From contig SVGC01000005.1 in NCBI GenBank assembly GCA_015056495.1, forward strand, positions 74,982 to 138,981: a DNA stretch of 64,000 nucleotides. Reading direction: 5' to 3'. Source of the stretch: Butyrivibrio sp. GTDB taxonomy: Bacteria; Bacillota; Clostridia; Lachnospirales; Lachnospiraceae. Within the stretch, counting starts at the first letter, position 1. The number at the start of each line of letters is the position of its first letter. The notes under the pieces were generated by a model, which saw only the letters and a program-made list of their open reading frames with translations, searched no databases and was not told the origin of the DNA. The position numbers and the translations under genes were made by a program. This document shows positions 29,848 to 39,280 of the stretch, piece after piece.

Positions 29848-30819
29848 TCATGATAAACGCTGTCTTACAATTTCGTATGCAAGTACGCCTGCTGCCACAG
29901 ATGCATTAAGTGAATTGATCTCACCCTTCATAGGTATTGTAGCTATCATGTCGCACTTTTCAGAAACAAGTCTGCTGACTCCTGAGCCTTCATTACCTAT
30001 TACAAGTCCGATAGGTCCTGTAAGATCAAGCTCATACATTGACTGTCCATCCATATCAGCACATACAAACCATACCCCGCGCTTTTTAAGCTCTTCGATG
30101 GTCTGAGCTATGTTAGTGACCTTTACAACAGGTGTATAGTTAAGAGCTCCGGCAGATGCCTTGGCAACAGTAGCTGTAAGTCCTACAGCCCTGTTCTTTG
30201 GTATGATGACACCATGTGCTCCTGCTATATTGGCAGTTCTGATAATAGCTCCAAGATTATGAGGATCTTCTATATTATCAAGAAGTATAATAAATGGCTT
30301 CTCATTTCTTTTTTCTGCCAAGGCAAAAATATCATCGATCTCAGCATAGTCATAGGCTGCAGCATATGCGATGACTCCCTGATGCTTGCCTGTATCTGAA
30401 ATCTGGTCAAGACGTTCTCTTGAGACAAATTTCATCATGATACCCATCTTGGTGGCTTCTCTTCTGATAGTTGATACAGGTCCATCCTGGCATCCATCAA
30501 GAATAAAGAGCTTATCTATTGTCTTTCCGGATCTGATAGCCTCAAGAACAGCGTTTCTGCCCTCAATAGTAAGGCTGTGGATATCTGTATCCACCTCATT
30601 TTCTTCTCTTCTTGCGCCTTCAAGATCAAGGCCATGGCGTCTCATATCTTCATCTGTAAGATCCTTGACCTGTCCTGCTACATAATCTGCCTTGTAGTTG
30701 TCTTTTCCAGTCTTATCACCATCATATTTGTGAGTGACTTTTTTGGCTGCATCAGCTTTCCTGTTTTCTCGATTCTGCTCTCTCTGAGCTTTCTTATAAA
30801 AATTTCTGTTTGTACTCAT
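29848..30819 (-). CDS. rlmB: 23S rRNA (guanosine-2'-O)-methyltransferase RlmB/YacO (SpoU/TrmH family) with a basic N-terminal extension
   Basis: SpoU motifs are present (LDNIEDPHNLGAIIRT, GNEGSGVS, SLNASVA). Confidence 0.85.
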   Translation of the reverse strand: MSTNRNFYKKAQREQNRENRKADAAKKVTHKYDGDKTGKDNYKADYVAGQVKDLTDEDMRRHGLDLEGARREENEVDTDIHSLTIEGRNAVLEAIRSGKTIDKLFILDGCQDGPVSTIRREATKMGIMMKFVSRERLDQISDTGKHQGVIAYAAAYDYAEIDDIFALAEKRNEKPFIILLDNIEDPHNLGAIIRTANIAGAHGVIIPKNRAVGLTATVAKASAGALNYTPVVKVTNIAQTIEELKKRGVWFVCADMDGQSMYELDLTGPIGLVIGNEGSGVSRLVSEKCDMIATIPMKGEINSLNASVAAGVLAYEIVRQRLS

Positions 30820-30846
30820 ATTTCACCTTGTACTTTTATCTGGTAT

Positions 30847-30915
30847 GACCCTAGGGGACGGGGACAAGGGGTCATTTTGAAAAAATGACCCGCTATCCCC
30901 GTCCCCTAGGGTCAA
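30847..30915. repeat. 69-bp GC-rich palindromic element (TGACCCTAGGGGACGGGGA ... TCCCCGTCCCCTAGGGTCA)
   Basis: The outer arms are perfect over 19 bp, with an inner second stem (GGGTCATTTT / AAAATGACCC). It lies between the mrnC stop and the rlmB start. It is a reverse-complement relative of 41123..41199. Confidence 0.9.
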
Positions 30916-30919
30916 AAAA

Positions 30920-31351
30920 TCAAATGTGCTCAATACCATATTTGACAAGTTCGACTACTCTGTCCATTTTGCCTTGCATATATAGGTATCCGCACAACGC
31001 TTCAAAACCTGTGGCCTTGCGGTAATCATTAACTGACTGATTTTTGGCAACAGTGCCGCCTTTTGCATTTCGACCTTTTTTGTATATACCAATCTCTTCT
31101 TCCGAGAGAATGTCCATACATACATCTATCATAGCAGATTGTGCAGCAGCATTGACATATTTTACTTTCATCTTGTTAAGTTCATTAACCGGCCTGTTAC
31201 CCTGAGATAAAACATAGGTCCTGATAGCAAGCTCATAAACACAATCTCCTATAAAGGAAAATGAAAGAGGGCTGTATTCTCTTATATCTTTTTTCTTAAT
31301 ATCAAAGGTCTCCCTGATATGCTCAGGGAGATCAAAAAAGTTATCCAACAT
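30920..31351 (-). CDS. mrnC: Mini-ribonuclease III
   Basis: 143 aa with FIGDCVYEL and KATGFEAL motifs. Confidence 0.85.
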   Translation of the reverse strand: MLDNFFDLPEHIRETFDIKKKDIREYSPLSFSFIGDCVYELAIRTYVLSQGNRPVNELNKMKVKYVNAAAQSAMIDVCMDILSEEEIGIYKKGRNAKGGTVAKNQSVNDYRKATGFEALCGYLYMQGKMDRVVELVKYGIEHI

Positions 31352-31369
31352 TTTTTGTTACCTTTTCAT

Positions 31370-32779
31370 TCAGGCCTTTTTCCACTTAACGCCTTCTCTT
31401 GTATCCTCAAGGATAATGCCCTTTTCAAGAAGTTCATTTCTGATCTCATCGGCTCTTGCAAAATTCTTGTCTTTACGAGCCTGCTGTCTCTCAGCTATGA
31501 GCTTTTCGATATCAGCATCACCAAGTTCCTGTTTTACTTCTACAATAAGTCCAAGAATATCTGAAAGCTCTACGATTTCCTTTTTGACTGCTTCTATAAA
31601 TGCTGCTGATGAAGCTCCGCTTACGTTGGTATTGGCAAACTTAACTGCATCAAATACTGCTGTGATTGCATCTGCAGTATTGAAGTCATCCTCCATAACG
31701 CTCTCAAACTTGCGTCTGAATCCTTCAAGTTCTGTCATAAGAGCCTTTTCAGCCTCTGTAAGATCAGCTGCTCTCTCTCCTTCAAGGAGGAAATTAAGGT
31801 TGCTTACGCTATTTACAATACGCTCATATCCAGCCTTAGCTGATTCCATAAGCTCGTCTGAGAAATTCAGTGGGCTTCTGTAATGAGCAGAGAGCATGAA
31901 CATTCTAAGTACCATAGCATCGTATTTTTCAAGAATATCTCTAACTGTAAAGAAGTTTCCTGCAGACTTGGACATCTTGTGGTTATTGATGTTCAGGAAT
32001 GCATTGTGCATCCAGTAACGTGAGAACTCGTGTCCGGAGCAGCCTTCTGACTGTGCTATCTCATTTTCATGATGTGGGAAAACAAGGTCTTCTCCGCCGC
32101 CATGGATGTCGATTTCTTCACCAAGGTATTTTTTACTCATAACTGAGCACTCAATGTGCCATCCAGGACGTCCCTGGCACCATGGTGATTCCCAGAAAGG
32201 CTCACCTTCTTTTTTAGGTTTCCAGAGAACGAAGTCCAGTGGATCTTCCTTCTGATCTTCACCAGATACTTTAAGAGCTCTTTCTCCACTTCTAAGGTCA
32301 TCAAGATTCTTGTGTGACAGCTTACCATATTCAGCAAACTTACGTGTTCTGTAATATACAGTTCCATCAGCTGCAGGATATGCATAGCCTTTTTCTATAA
32401 GTGTCTTGATCATATCGATCATGCCATCAATCTCCTGAGTAGCAAGAGGATGTGTTGTTGCAGGCATGATGTTCATTGAAGCCATGTCTTTTTTGCATTC
32501 TGCGATATATCTCTCTGAGATTACATTGGAATCAACGCCTTCTTCAATGGCCCTTTTGATGATCTTGTCATCTACGTCTGTAAAGTTAGATACGTAATTT
32601 ACTTCGAAGCCCTTATAGAGCATGTATCTTCTAACTGTATCAAAAAAGATCATAGGACGTGCATTTCCAATATGGATCAGGTTGTATACAGTAGGTCCGC
32701 ATACGTACATTCTGACCTTTCCTTCCTCAATAGGAACAAAGTCTTCTTTCTTTTTTGACATTGTGTTGTAAATCTGCAT
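31370..32779 (-). CDS. cysS: Cysteine--tRNA ligase
   Basis: HIGN (HIGH-class) and KMSKS motifs, 469 aa. Confidence 0.95.
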   Translation of the reverse strand: MQIYNTMSKKKEDFVPIEEGKVRMYVCGPTVYNLIHIGNARPMIFFDTVRRYMLYKGFEVNYVSNFTDVDDKIIKRAIEEGVDSNVISERYIAECKKDMASMNIMPATTHPLATQEIDGMIDMIKTLIEKGYAYPAADGTVYYRTRKFAEYGKLSHKNLDDLRSGERALKVSGEDQKEDPLDFVLWKPKKEGEPFWESPWCQGRPGWHIECSVMSKKYLGEEIDIHGGGEDLVFPHHENEIAQSEGCSGHEFSRYWMHNAFLNINNHKMSKSAGNFFTVRDILEKYDAMVLRMFMLSAHYRSPLNFSDELMESAKAGYERIVNSVSNLNFLLEGERAADLTEAEKALMTELEGFRRKFESVMEDDFNTADAITAVFDAVKFANTNVSGASSAAFIEAVKKEIVELSDILGLIVEVKQELGDADIEKLIAERQQARKDKNFARADEIRNELLEKGIILEDTREGVKWKKA

Positions 32780-32801
32780 ATATTTTTCCCTTTTCTATGA
32801 T

Positions 32802-33563
32802 TTAATAATCTTTATTTTCTGATTGTTCTTTCATAAGCTCTTCATTGGCTTTTTCCGGATCAAACTGTCCATTTGCAAAATACTGGCAACGCTTGTTAAG
32901 TTCAAGTTGTACAAATTTGAGTTCTCTCTGAAGATCTATGATCCTGCTGGTAAGCTCGCTCTGCTCATGAGCAAGATTGGAAATATCCTCTTTGACAGGA
33001 TCCGGCATGTGTATCTGGTCAAGTTCCTTCTGCGGACAATCCGGACAGACTCTCTTGACTACACGGCCAGGAACGCCTACTACAGTTGATCCTGGCGGAA
33101 CCTCTGAAAGTACAACGCTTCCAGCTCCGATCTTGGAATTATCCCCTATTGTAAATGAACCAAGTACTTTAGCACCTGTGCTTATCATTACATTATTTCC
33201 AATGGTCGGATGTCTCTTGCCTTTTTCCTTACCTGTACCACCAAGGGTAACGCCCTGATAAACAGTAACATTATCACCTATAACAGTTGTCTCACCTATT
33301 ATAACACCTGCACCGTGATCGATGAAAAATCCTTTTCCTATCACAGCTCCCGGATGTATCTCAATGCCGGTTTTTCTGCGTGCTCTCTGTGAAATAAGTC
33401 TTGCCAGAAAGTAGTGTTTTTTCAGATATAGCTTATGCGCAATCCTGTAAGATCTCATAACCTGATAACTAGGATACAAAAAAACTTCCCAGTCAGAATG
33501 TATAGCAGGATCTCTTTCCCTGATCAAAGCTATCTCTTCTTTAATATCAGCAATATATCCCAT
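32802..33563 (-). CDS. cysE: Serine O-acetyltransferase
   Basis: Hexapeptide-repeat core ([27 protein letters not shown]) plus a Firmicutes-type coiled-coil C-terminal tail. Confidence 0.9.
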   Translation of the reverse strand: [253 protein letters not shown]

Positions 33564-33593
33564 ACTAAAATAATCTCCTATATTTCCTATGAT

Positions 33594-33855
33594 ATAAAAA
33601 AATCTCTATCAGAAAAAATCTGACAGAGACGAATAATATCCGCGGTTCCACTCTAATTGATAAAAAACAATCCACTTTATGCATGTAACGAATGCCTACG
33701 TGTCAGGATACTGTTTTCACCTGACAAGCCAATGATCGCACTTCAAATGGTCATATGTCAGAACTGCTTACAGCCAATGACAGTTCTTCTCTGTGGCACT
33801 GCATCCATCCTACTCTTATCATTCATTGCTTTATCATATTCAGTTTGATTTCTTT
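33594..33855 (-). promoter_or_regulatory. T-box riboswitch leader, probable Cys (UGC) specifier, controlling cysE-cysS
   Basis: The minus strand carries the T-box sequence AATTAGAGTGGAACCGCGG (33659..33640). A terminator stem TCTCTGTCAG / CTGATAGAGA plus a T-run follows at 33631..33594. The Stem I base is CAATGA / TCATTG, with GAAGUGCGA just before the closing helix (UGC at 33740..33738). Confidence 0.85.
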
Positions 33856-33860
33856 AAATA

Positions 33861-33889
33861 AATATAGTAAAATAAGCCTCTTTTGTCAA
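33861..33889 (-). promoter_or_regulatory. Sigma-A promoter of the T-box/cysE operon
   Basis: Minus strand reads TTGACA (33889..33884), 17 nt, TATATT (33866..33861). Confidence 0.65.
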
Positions 33890-34071
33890 CAAAGCCTTAG
33901 ACCCTATTCCTATATCATACTCCACAAATATATAGGTATGCAAAAAAGAAAGTTTCCTTATCAAAACATATTTTTTAACATTTTACTACTTTTTGTACAT
34001 TTTATATTTTCCTTCGTATAACTATAATGGAACGAGTGATACAACTACCAAATATGAGGAGGAAATTGTTC

Positions 34072-35049
34072 ATGAAAAAAAATCTATTGAGAAATTGTGC
34101 TGTTCTGACAGCCAGCGTTACTCTTATGGCTGCTATTGTAACAGGTTGTGGTTCAACAGACAACAGTGCCGTAGCAGGTGCATCAAGAAGTGAAAGCTCT
34201 GCAGATGCATCAGAAGCTATTACATTAACAGATACAGATTCTGCCGAAAGCATAAATGATGTAAAAGTATCAGCACCATTTTTTACAAAAGGTGTCTATG
34301 TAAACTATGCTTCAGAAGCAGAGAATCCAACAAAAGACTACTTCTATGTATTCTCTGATGATTCATATGGATATACAGAGGATGGCTCGAACGGAGCTTC
34401 TGTTCCTTTCGACTGTGAACAAGAAGATGATACAGTAACATTTTATTTTGGAAGTACAACATCAAACTCATTTACGTCTGTCTTACACGTAAAATCTACC
34501 GATAATGGTGTAATTGTAGGTGAATTTGATGATGACGGCATTGAGCTTGTTTTTGAACCTGTTTCAGATGCTGATCCTGATTCATTCAGTGCAATGAACT
34601 ACATCAGTATAGATAATGAGTATGTATATGAAGATCCAAACGGCTGGAAGGTCAATTATCTTGGTGATAAATTTGAGATTACCCAGAAGGACAATCAGGT
34701 ATTTATGGTATATACCGGAGAGTCAGCCGGCACAAATATGATAACTGTTACTTATGAAATAAACATCACCGCAGAAGATGCAATTAACGAACTTGCTAAA
34801 TCATGGGGCGACAATGTTACTGTTACAAGAAGCATCTTCCCTAACACAGAAGTGGATGGCTATTGGGCAACACTTCCACCTGCAGAAAATGGCGTAGGCA
34901 TGTACCAGACAGCAATCTCCAGAGATTACATGGATGGCTGCCTTATATTTGAGGTAACCGGCCACAACAGCGGCGATGATGCTCTTGATATGGAAGTCGG
35001 CGACGCTTTAGCAATGATCATTGATTCCATCACATTCATTAACGAATAA
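34072..35049 (+). CDS. Hypothetical lipoprotein
   Basis: The ATG at 34072 follows GAGGAGG. Signal peptide and lipobox read LMAAIVTGC. No family was recognised. Confidence 0.6.
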   Translation: MKKNLLRNCAVLTASVTLMAAIVTGCGSTDNSAVAGASRSESSADASEAITLTDTDSAESINDVKVSAPFFTKGVYVNYASEAENPTKDYFYVFSDDSYGYTEDGSNGASVPFDCEQEDDTVTFYFGSTTSNSFTSVLHVKSTDNGVIVGEFDDDGIELVFEPVSDADPDSFSAMNYISIDNEYVYEDPNGWKVNYLGDKFEITQKDNQVFMVYTGESAGTNMITVTYEINITAEDAINELAKSWGDNVTVTRSIFPNTEVDGYWATLPPAENGVGMYQTAISRDYMDGCLIFEVTGHNSGDDALDMEVGDALAMIIDSITFINE

Positions 35050-35068
35050 CAGTACTCGGCAAAGTATT

Positions 35069-35113
35069 AAAAAAGAGCCTTTTTCCTTGCCACATAAGGA
35101 AAAAGGCTTTTTA
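35069..35113. terminator. Bidirectional rho-independent terminator
   Basis: An AGCCTTTTTCCTT / AAGGAAAAAGGCT stem is flanked by A- and T-runs. It lies between convergent genes. Confidence 0.75.
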
Positions 35114-35127
35114 ATTTAGTTATTCTT

Positions 35128-35688
35128 TTATTTTTGTTGACCTGCGCTGCAGCAGCAACCGCCTTTGGCAGTTGGTTCTCCTGCCTGGAAGGTCACATTT
35201 TTGCTGACCAGTTCTATTGGACTTGTAAGAAGACATATTGCCTGTGAGGATATGCCCTCTCCGGCACCTGTAAAGCCAAGTCCTTCTTCTGTTGTAGCTT
35301 TGACATTGACCTGCACAATATCGATATCAAGAGCATCAGCAATATTCTGACGCATCTGATCAATATGTGGTCTCATCTTTGGAGCTTGTGCAATAATGGT
35401 TGCATCAATATTTTCAATAAGAAAATGGTTCTCCAGCAGAAGCTCTTTTACATGCTTTAAAAGCTCAATAGAGTCTGCTCCCTTATACTTTGGATCTGTA
35501 TCAGGGAAATGCTTGCCAATATCTCCCAGTGCTGCTGCCCCAAGAAGAGCATCCATAATTGCGTGAAGGAGTACATCAGCATCTGAATGGCCAAGGAGGC
35601 CTTTTTCATAAGGAATATCAACTCCTCCGATTATGCATTTCCTGCCCTCTACCAGTTTATGAACATCATATCCCATGCCTATACGCAT
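35128..35688 (-). CDS. ispF: 2-C-methyl-D-erythritol 2,4-cyclodiphosphate synthase
   Basis: [23 protein letters not shown] and DIGKHFPD motifs are present. About 30 extra C-terminal residues end in [11 protein letters not shown]. Confidence 0.9.
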   Translation of the reverse strand: MRIGMGYDVHKLVEGRKCIIGGVDIPYEKGLLGHSDADVLLHAIMDALLGAAALGDIGKHFPDTDPKYKGADSIELLKHVKELLLENHFLIENIDATIIAQAPKMRPHIDQMRQNIADALDIDIVQVNVKATTEEGLGFTGAGEGISSQAICLLTSPIELVSKNVTFQAGEPTAKGGCCCSAGQQK

Positions 35689-35808
35689 ATTTATCACCTA
35701 TAGTCCAGTCATTTTATGACGGATCATTCCTTTCTCTCAGATACACTGAGGCTTCTATATTATCTAACCATCTGCCACATCGAAACTCTAACCTGATATC
35801 ACCGTCTG

Positions 35809-38034
35809 TTATCTTGCCAATTCAATAATACAATATTTTCCAGCATTTTGAAGAGCAGTATCTATTGCCTCTTCAATACTGTCATCATAGAAATCTGCTT
35901 CCAGCATAGTTACTGCATCATCTGTTAATATGCACATGTAATTGCTGCCATAGTATCTTTCTTTTAGAGAATCCATTGTATCATCAGGATTGATAGTGCC
36001 TTCAACCACATCTGCTCTATAATATAGAGACCTGTAATCAAGGGTACTGAAGATCACAACACTGTGGTCAGGTATCTCTGCATAGTCTTCATCCCAGGAC
36101 ATCTGGATAATGTCATAATAGGACAGCTTATCTTTCATAATATGATCAGTAAGGTCGCTGCATATAAATATCAAAAACAGTAATGTAAATCCTGTAAGCA
36201 TATAGCCTGCAGCCTTTTTGCCTTTGATACCTTCAAATATCAGCTCAGCTATTCCCAAAGTAAATAAGAAGGTTGCCGGTGCAAAAAAGCGATAATAAAA
36301 GGTATCCATTGAAGAGAAGTATCTTATCACTATGAACATGCCATAATATATCACTGCAGTTGTCACGTAAACCGAAGCTCTGGTATGTCTCCTGCACTTT
36401 TTTACTACAAATAAAGCAAGCAATGCAACTATGAGTATCACCAGCAATGTGGCTTTGTCATATGAAAGCCCACTTACAAATGATGGTGTATCTATATGAA
36501 ATACATCAAAGAACTCAGCCAGCAAAGCCTTTATGAGATCATTGGTAAGGCTCTGATAGTCATCCCACCACATTGATCTGCTGACACCTGAAGGCATGCC
36601 GTTCTGTATCTTGTTGTTGATCAGATATCCCAGGCAAATAAGACCTGATACAACAGATGTTATGATCAATGCTATTATCTGCTTTGAAAAAAGTCTTGTA
36701 AGGAAAGGTCTGCTCTGAAGGTCTTTATCACATAATCTTGTAAGCATAAGCTCTAAAATATAAAAGCCCATGACTCCGAAACAGAACATTCCAAAATATC
36801 TTGTCAAAAAGCAGCCTGCAATTGTCAGTCCAAGGAATACGTAATTTCTTATTTTAGCATTGGCATCCTTAATAACTGAAGAAAGGCTTATAACAAACAG
36901 TACCATAAATACAATAAATGGCAGCTCACTCCAAGAATACCAATACAGGTACATCAGTCCCAGATTGGACATAAACAGTGCATAGAACCAGGCATCTTTT
37001 TTGTATACACATCTGATGATCAGGATCAAAACACCTACAAGTATCATTGAAAGGATCTTGGATGCTAAATATACTTCTGCGCCTGTGATCTTCATGACGA
37101 TTGCTATGAGCATCGGATATAGAATAGGCCAGTTGGCAAACCAGGTATCACTATATCCAGCCAGTCCATCATATCTGAATCCGTTGCCGGCAGCCATATT
37201 GACAGCCTCTCTCAGATAACCGGCAGAATCCGCACTGATATTGATTCCTTCAAGATATCCGTTTACCCATATTGAAAAACATATTGAAACAAACAGTACC
37301 ACAAGGAATATCTCATTTCCTGCCGCCACTATGAATCGATCAAAAGCCACCTTAGACAACAGCTCTTTAGATCCTTCTACTCCAAACAAAACCAAAAGGA
37401 TCAGGACCATGGCAAAAATGATCACCAGCGGAATTGAAAAATAGAATATCTCTCCATAGGTCAATACTTCGTCAGTAACAATAGAGGTTCCAATAGATAT
37501 ACCATTATCAAGTTCTTCTGAAATATCACTCTCTGCATCGGCTTCCAATGTATAAACCGTTTCAGAGAATGGTAAAACCTTATTTGTAGCTTCTTTTTGC
37601 GTCTTGATAAAATAAGGATCACAGCCATTGGCGGTAATAAACAGCTTATAGCTCTCGCCCTGGGCCATATCAAAATCAGGTGTTCCAAGTTCAGTCCACT
37701 CTCCTACGGATACAGCCGATTCCTGGACTGTCTGATCAAATATCACCTCTCCACTTGCTGTAGTAAGCAAAAACTCAATAGTACCAGTACCTTCAGTATC
37801 TGTATTGACCAGTACTGCTGTAAAGCTGCCCAATCTGCAGTCAGTATCCGCTGTCAGAGCGACAAGTATCGTCTCACCATCATTTAATTCAATATAAGAT
37901 GGAGTATCAAAAAGCGGAGGCTTTACGTTCTCCGCTTTATTTTTTAATCCTGACTGTCTTGATAATCCAAAAATGATCCCGCATGAAAGCAATACTATGA
38001 TCATGCAGGCCACAATTTTCTTAACGTTTTTCAT
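35809..38034 (-). CDS. Large polytopic membrane protein, GT-C-type (ArnT/PMT-like) glycosyltransferase candidate
   Basis: 741 aa. The order is an N-terminal TM, an extracytoplasmic domain of about 170 aa, at least 12 predicted TM helices, and a soluble C-terminal domain of about 100 aa. Family assignment rests on architecture and context only. Confidence 0.5.
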   Translation of the reverse strand: MKNVKKIVACMIIVLLSCGIIFGLSRQSGLKNKAENVKPPLFDTPSYIELNDGETILVALTADTDCRLGSFTAVLVNTDTEGTGTIEFLLTTASGEVIFDQTVQESAVSVGEWTELGTPDFDMAQGESYKLFITANGCDPYFIKTQKEATNKVLPFSETVYTLEADAESDISEELDNGISIGTSIVTDEVLTYGEIFYFSIPLVIIFAMVLILLVLFGVEGSKELLSKVAFDRFIVAAGNEIFLVVLFVSICFSIWVNGYLEGINISADSAGYLREAVNMAAGNGFRYDGLAGYSDTWFANWPILYPMLIAIVMKITGAEVYLASKILSMILVGVLILIIRCVYKKDAWFYALFMSNLGLMYLYWYSWSELPFIVFMVLFVISLSSVIKDANAKIRNYVFLGLTIAGCFLTRYFGMFCFGVMGFYILELMLTRLCDKDLQSRPFLTRLFSKQIIALIITSVVSGLICLGYLINNKIQNGMPSGVSRSMWWDDYQSLTNDLIKALLAEFFDVFHIDTPSFVSGLSYDKATLLVILIVALLALFVVKKCRRHTRASVYVTTAVIYYGMFIVIRYFSSMDTFYYRFFAPATFLFTLGIAELIFEGIKGKKAAGYMLTGFTLLFLIFICSDLTDHIMKDKLSYYDIIQMSWDEDYAEIPDHSVVIFSTLDYRSLYYRADVVEGTINPDDTMDSLKERYYGSNYMCILTDDAVTMLEADFYDDSIEEAIDTALQNAGKYCIIELAR

Positions 38035-38064
38035 ATATATCTGCCTTTTCTTATATACTCGTGA

Positions 38065-39279
38065 TCAAAGCTCTTCGGCAAGCTTCATGGCTTTTTCAAT
38101 AACTACGTCAGAATTGTAATGCTCATGTTCTCCCCAGCGTCCAAGGCCTATAACATTGTGATCACGAGCCTCATCTAATATTACCTCCATGCACTGTCTC
38201 TTATTGATAGTGTTCAGAGGGTATGCATACTCATTCATGTAGGCAAAATTATCACTGATATCTGAGCCTGCATAGGCCTCAGCTCTCTTCTTAACAGTTT
38301 CAACCCAATATCCGTTACTATCAGGAAGGAAATTACATCTGCAAAGTATCCTGTGATAAGGTATTTCAGGATCTGGTATGTATATCCAGTGTGCCTTGCT
38401 GCCAGGATCTTTTGGTACATACCTGATCTCTACTGATGAATGCTTGAGCTGACCTATAGCTTTGGTCATATCCTCAGAAGCATCGCTTATTTTAAGTGAC
38501 TCCCATGGAACTGTAGTTATGATCTTGTCTGCACAATACTCTTCTCCATTTACATCAGTTACAGTCCTTGTCTTTAATGACAGAGAAGAAGCACCTGCAT
38601 AGACAATATTGTCAGACATGCTCTCTGCCATTCTCAGGAAAGGCTCTCCATAACCATATTCCTTTGGATAATAAAATCTGGCATGGCCAGGCTGCTGCCC
38701 AAGACTCTTATGCTCTTTGCAGGATTTTAATGTTTCTTCAAAGCTAACGTTTGGAAGCTTTTCAAGCCAGTATGTGCCTAGTTCATCCAAGGTCTCAGAG
38801 AACATTTTTCTGTTATATGGAAGCATATAGTTATCTGCTATCTCATCTCCAAGCTTCCATCTGATCCAGTCAGTAAATTTCTCCGGCTTTTCCTCGCCAG
38901 TAATGCAACCTGCACGTTTTATAGAATCCAGATATTTTTCCTGAATGCTCTCAGGAAGCTGCCATATATTAGCTTCAAAAGGATGATCTATCTCACAGCC
39001 TTCCACTCTGATCTTGGAATCTCTGTCAAAAATATTCCACTGATCTTCCGGAAGAAATCTGAACATAAACTCACATACTTTTGGCCTTCTGACATCAAGG
39101 AAATGGCCTCCGCCTATATCCAGCGGCTTACCATCTACATCCTCAGACCTGCATAGACCGCCAGCCTGATCTTCTTTTTCCAAAATAACAAAATCATCTA
39201 TTCCCTTATCCTTGAGGCATCTGCCAAGAGTAAGTCCTGAAGGTCCTGCGCCAAGGATCAAATATTTAACTTTAACCAT
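38065..39279 (-). CDS. FAD-dependent UDP-galactopyranose mutase-like flavoprotein (eukaryote-type UGM architecture)
   Basis: GAGPSGL dinucleotide fold is present. The blocks IGGGHF, DHPFEANIW, FTDWI...LGDEIADNYMLPYNRKMF, RFYYP, HWIYIPD..PYHR and GLGRWGEHEHYNSD are colinear with long-form UGMs as I recall them. The ATG at 39279 lies 1 nt after the upstream stop. Confidence 0.55.
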   Translation of the reverse strand: MVKVKYLILGAGPSGLTLGRCLKDKGIDDFVILEKEDQAGGLCRSEDVDGKPLDIGGGHFLDVRRPKVCEFMFRFLPEDQWNIFDRDSKIRVEGCEIDHPFEANIWQLPESIQEKYLDSIKRAGCITGEEKPEKFTDWIRWKLGDEIADNYMLPYNRKMFSETLDELGTYWLEKLPNVSFEETLKSCKEHKSLGQQPGHARFYYPKEYGYGEPFLRMAESMSDNIVYAGASSLSLKTRTVTDVNGEEYCADKIITTVPWESLKISDASEDMTKAIGQLKHSSVEIRYVPKDPGSKAHWIYIPDPEIPYHRILCRCNFLPDSNGYWVETVKKRAEAYAGSDISDNFAYMNEYAYPLNTINKRQCMEVILDEARDHNVIGLGRWGEHEHYNSDVVIEKAMKLAEEL

Positions 39280-39280
39280 A

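Noticed and set aside
32802-33053. The ~80-aa coiled-coil C-terminal extension of CysE as a novelty.
   Set aside because: As I recall it, Bacillus subtilis CysE has an equivalent tail (HQDLPDPV... followed by a coiled coil). The extension therefore looks like the normal Firmicutes form.
35128-35220. The Cys-rich C-terminal tail of IspF ([11 protein letters not shown]) as a metal-binding or lipidation motif.
   Set aside because: It is a single occurrence with no supporting motif or context. It could be lineage-specific noise, and I cannot judge it without homologue alignment.
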